64,000 nucleotides of DNA, from positions 15,626,001 through 15,690,000 of the forward strand of contig NC_087437.1 of NCBI RefSeq assembly GCF_036321535.1, in the 5' to 3' direction. The notes below the pieces were generated by a model. That model ran no database searches, was not told where the DNA came from, and worked only from the letters and a program-made list of their open reading frames with translations. Position numbers and translations under genes: made by a program. The DNA is from Camelus dromedarius. Lineage: Eukaryota. Positions within the stretch are counted from its first letter, which is position 1; each line of letters starts with the position of its first letter. This document shows positions 61,431 to 64,000 of the stretch, in pieces.

Positions 61431-61869
61431 AAACAGATGCTTTCAATCACTCCCGGGTGGGATGACAGTGACTTAGTTGAGGCTGGCAGCAGAGGGGTGG
61501 TGAGAAGCATCAGATACTGGCCATACACCAAAGGGAAAACCCATAGAATTTTCTTCAGGTTTCAAGTAGATTGTGAGGGAAATAGAAGTGTCAAGATTGA
61601 CCCTCCAAGTTTTGGCCTAAACCTTTTGGCAAAGGCTGAGGAGGAGAGGAATTGAGGGGAGGGGCAGTATTCCTGAATAGCCAGGGACTTGGAGCCACAA
61701 AATCAACCCAGAGGGTAACAGGAAACACATAGAGGGCTCTTCTAAGCAGTTTAAGTCCCCAGTGACTTTCCATCGCACATGAAATAAAGCTCCATGTCAG
61801 AATGATTAAGAACTCGCATAACAGCGTTCCTCCCGCCTTCCCCACCTCCCTGTGCACCCCTCTCCCCAG

Positions 61870-62226
61870 CACCCACCACCCTCCAGCCACACTGGCCTTC
61901 TGGCTGTTTGCTGGAGCTGTTCCCTGTGCCTGAAAGGCTCTTGACGTAGGTTTCCACATGGCTGACTCCTTCTTCTCCATCAGCTCTCACTTTCAACATC
62001 ACCAACTCTGAGAAGCCTTCCCTGACCACCCAAATTACCCTTTTATATTACATCATCCTGTTTTAATTTCCTGATTGTAATTTCCACTTATTAAAGTGCC
62101 TTTGATCAATCAGAACACTGTAGCTCTGTGAGTGGTACCCTTGTCTGTCTTGCTTACTGCGGTGTCCCCAGGTCTAGACCTGTACCTGGCACACAGGAGA
62201 GGTTTCATGTTACTGAATGAATGAAC
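61870..62226 (+). mobile_element. L2 3' end
   Basis: 'gctgttccctgtgcctgaa...agaagccttccctgaccacc...acctggcacacagg...tgaatgaatgaa'. Confidence 0.75.
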
Positions 62227-62809
62227 ATCACTTAGAGCTTTCCCTCTGAAGGAGAATTTGCCTGCCCACTCCCCCCACCTTTCCCTCCAGCTCACCCTTT
62301 GGTTTTAATGGTAACTGGTTTTCTGCCAAGATCTGGATGGATTGCAAGTCATAACTCCTGATTAACTAGGAACTCCTGGTTTCCTGGGAGGGTTGTTGCT
62401 GGTGTAGAATCTCTGCTAACCTTCTGGGAACTGGTCAGAGAGGAGACATCAGCCGGCTGGGTTGGAGCCTAGAGTCTTTCCCTCCTCTGCACAAGGAAGA
62501 GCCAGGAATATGGAGAATCTTAAGGATTTCTTCCTTCTGTCTTCCTCTAGTCTCAGTCAAGCCAGAGATACCATTTTTGGAGGAAAATGAAGAGACTTGG
62601 CTTGACCCTATGGTGGGGGTGCTTCTTCAAGAGACTTCTGATTTTACTTGCATTCAAATGAATAAGTCTACAGAGGGGAAAAGATAATTGAATAAGGTCC
62701 TTTTTCCCTTTAAGGGAGTGGAGAAGAATGCTTTGGGTGCTGTTTACACCTCACCCTGGCTGCTTTTAGATGACTAGAAAGAGCAAATTTCTACTCTTCC
62801 GCTCAAGGT

Positions 62810-63110
62810 AATTTGACTTTAATTTTTCTTTCCAGCAATCCATCTTGCATACTGCAGCAGAATGATTGTTTCCTCAGATAAAGCTTTCTGTACTTTACTT
62901 TGGATATTTTCTATTGACTTGTCTTTGGGTTTACTAATTCTTTCTTCAGCTGTGTCCTCTTTCTCTAACCTATTAGTCACAGCTATTTTAAAGTCTTCTA
63001 ACTTATTTCTATTATTTGGTTTTTCTTCTATTATCAATCACATTTTCTCTTCTTTTTGCACATCCAGTAATTTTTCATTACATGTTGGTCATTGTGCATA
63101 ATGGAACTGT
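62810..63110 (-). mobile_element. Old L1 ORF1-region fragment
   Basis: ORF 62819..63037(-) contains NRLEKEDTAEERISKPKDKSIENIQS, which resembles the L1 ORF1p coiled-coil motif (RLxxAEERISELEDxSxEIIQ). Confidence 0.7.
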
Positions 63111-63345
63111 AGAGCCTTTGGGTGATATCTTCAACCAGCAAGAATTCCTTCCTTTGTTTGTTAGGTAAGACTGTTGTCTCAATCCAACCAGGGATTGCGC
63201 TGGGTTAGAGATGGGTTGCAGCTTTAATAAGACTTAGCTCATCTTTAGTTCCTTCGGTGAAATCTATTTGAATTTTTGATTAAGAGATTACAGGCTCTCT
63301 AGCTTTTCAGCCCTGAAAGTTTTTCTTCTTTGGAAGATGCATCAC

Positions 63346-63700
63346 AGGACCATCAAACTGTAGCTCCTAAGTCATATCTTGCCTATTGCCTGTTTTTGTA
63401 TCACCCACATGCTAAGAATGGTTTGTATAAATAAAACTTTACAATCAATTTGATGATAGGGAGTACTAACTTTGAATTGCTATTAAGTGAAATGTTATCT
63501 GTCCAAAAGGATTCTGTTTTTCTCATAAGTAGACCTGCACCACAAAAAAATCATATTAAATTAGTATTATTACATTTTGAATTTAGTAAAAAAAAAAATT
63601 GTGAAAACATGTTTTCCCTTTTGTTATTTAAGAACCTTTATAATATCCTCAGTTTGCTTCTTGGCCTGCAATGCAAGTATATAAAGATTTACTATAAAAT
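63346..63700 (+). mobile_element. hAT-Charlie MITE (MER58-like)
   Basis: 'gcctgtttttgta...gctaagaatggttt', 'tttgatgatagggagtactaactttgaa', 'gtagacctg', 'ataatatcctcagtttgcttcttggcctgcaa'. Confidence 0.75.
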
Positions 63701-64000
63701 TTAATATATATAGTTATTTATAATAAATACTAAATAAAATATTTGCATAAAAATTTGGTGGCTTCTGGTATACCAGATAGAGTTTGTTCAGAACAGCAGA
63801 ACCAGTATGAATGACGTGGAATAATTATTATATGGGTTAGACCTTGTGCCATTGTGGGAGCTAGTGGGGAAGACCATGGAAGGCTGTTGCATCTGCTTCT
63901 AGCCACAGGCCTGAAGTTGCTTTTCACTGACTCAGGCAATTCCTCTCTGCCTGCACTTTCCCAAACATTGCATATTCTTTCAGGCCTGGGTGCTTCTGCC

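Noticed and set aside
1..64000. CRISPR arrays, operons, prophage or defence systems, intact retroviral or transposase genes
   Set aside because: The DNA is mammalian intron and intergenic sequence. I saw no repeat-spacer array, and every mobile-element coding remnant is truncated and frameshifted.

Overview
This is mammalian genomic DNA, not prokaryotic. It is most likely from a camelid: it carries three copies of a tRNA-Ala-derived SINE resembling camelid vic-1, and I saw no Alu, B1/B2, Bov-tA/BovB, PRE1 or SINEC. The only protein-coding gene I can support is the 5' part of KY (kyphoscoliosis peptidase) on the minus strand. Coding exons 1-5 lie at 21584-21449, 18208-18146, 14503-14441, 4037-3963 and 2224-2162. 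All have canonical GT-AG junctions and splice into one open frame (MELKKDDNAVSIDMLLIVHSEKRR...RLQGDKNGNTRPRQPGGKDAH). The exons for the transglutaminase-like domain should lie beyond position 1. A CpG-island promoter covers about 21.3-22.0 kb. The roughly 42 kb upstream of KY appears intergenic (toward EPHB1 if human synteny holds, from memory). It is filled with L1, L2, MIR, MaLR/ERVL LTRs, hAT DNA transposons and simple repeats, including a 605-nt pure-purine tract. Nearly all ORFs in the supplied track are chance ORFs in GC-rich or repetitive DNA. I found no convincing new biological system. The findings are modest, testable hypotheses about KY splicing and regulation and about repeat history. 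Repeat subfamily names and boundaries are by-eye recognitions and need RepeatMasker/Dfam confirmation.
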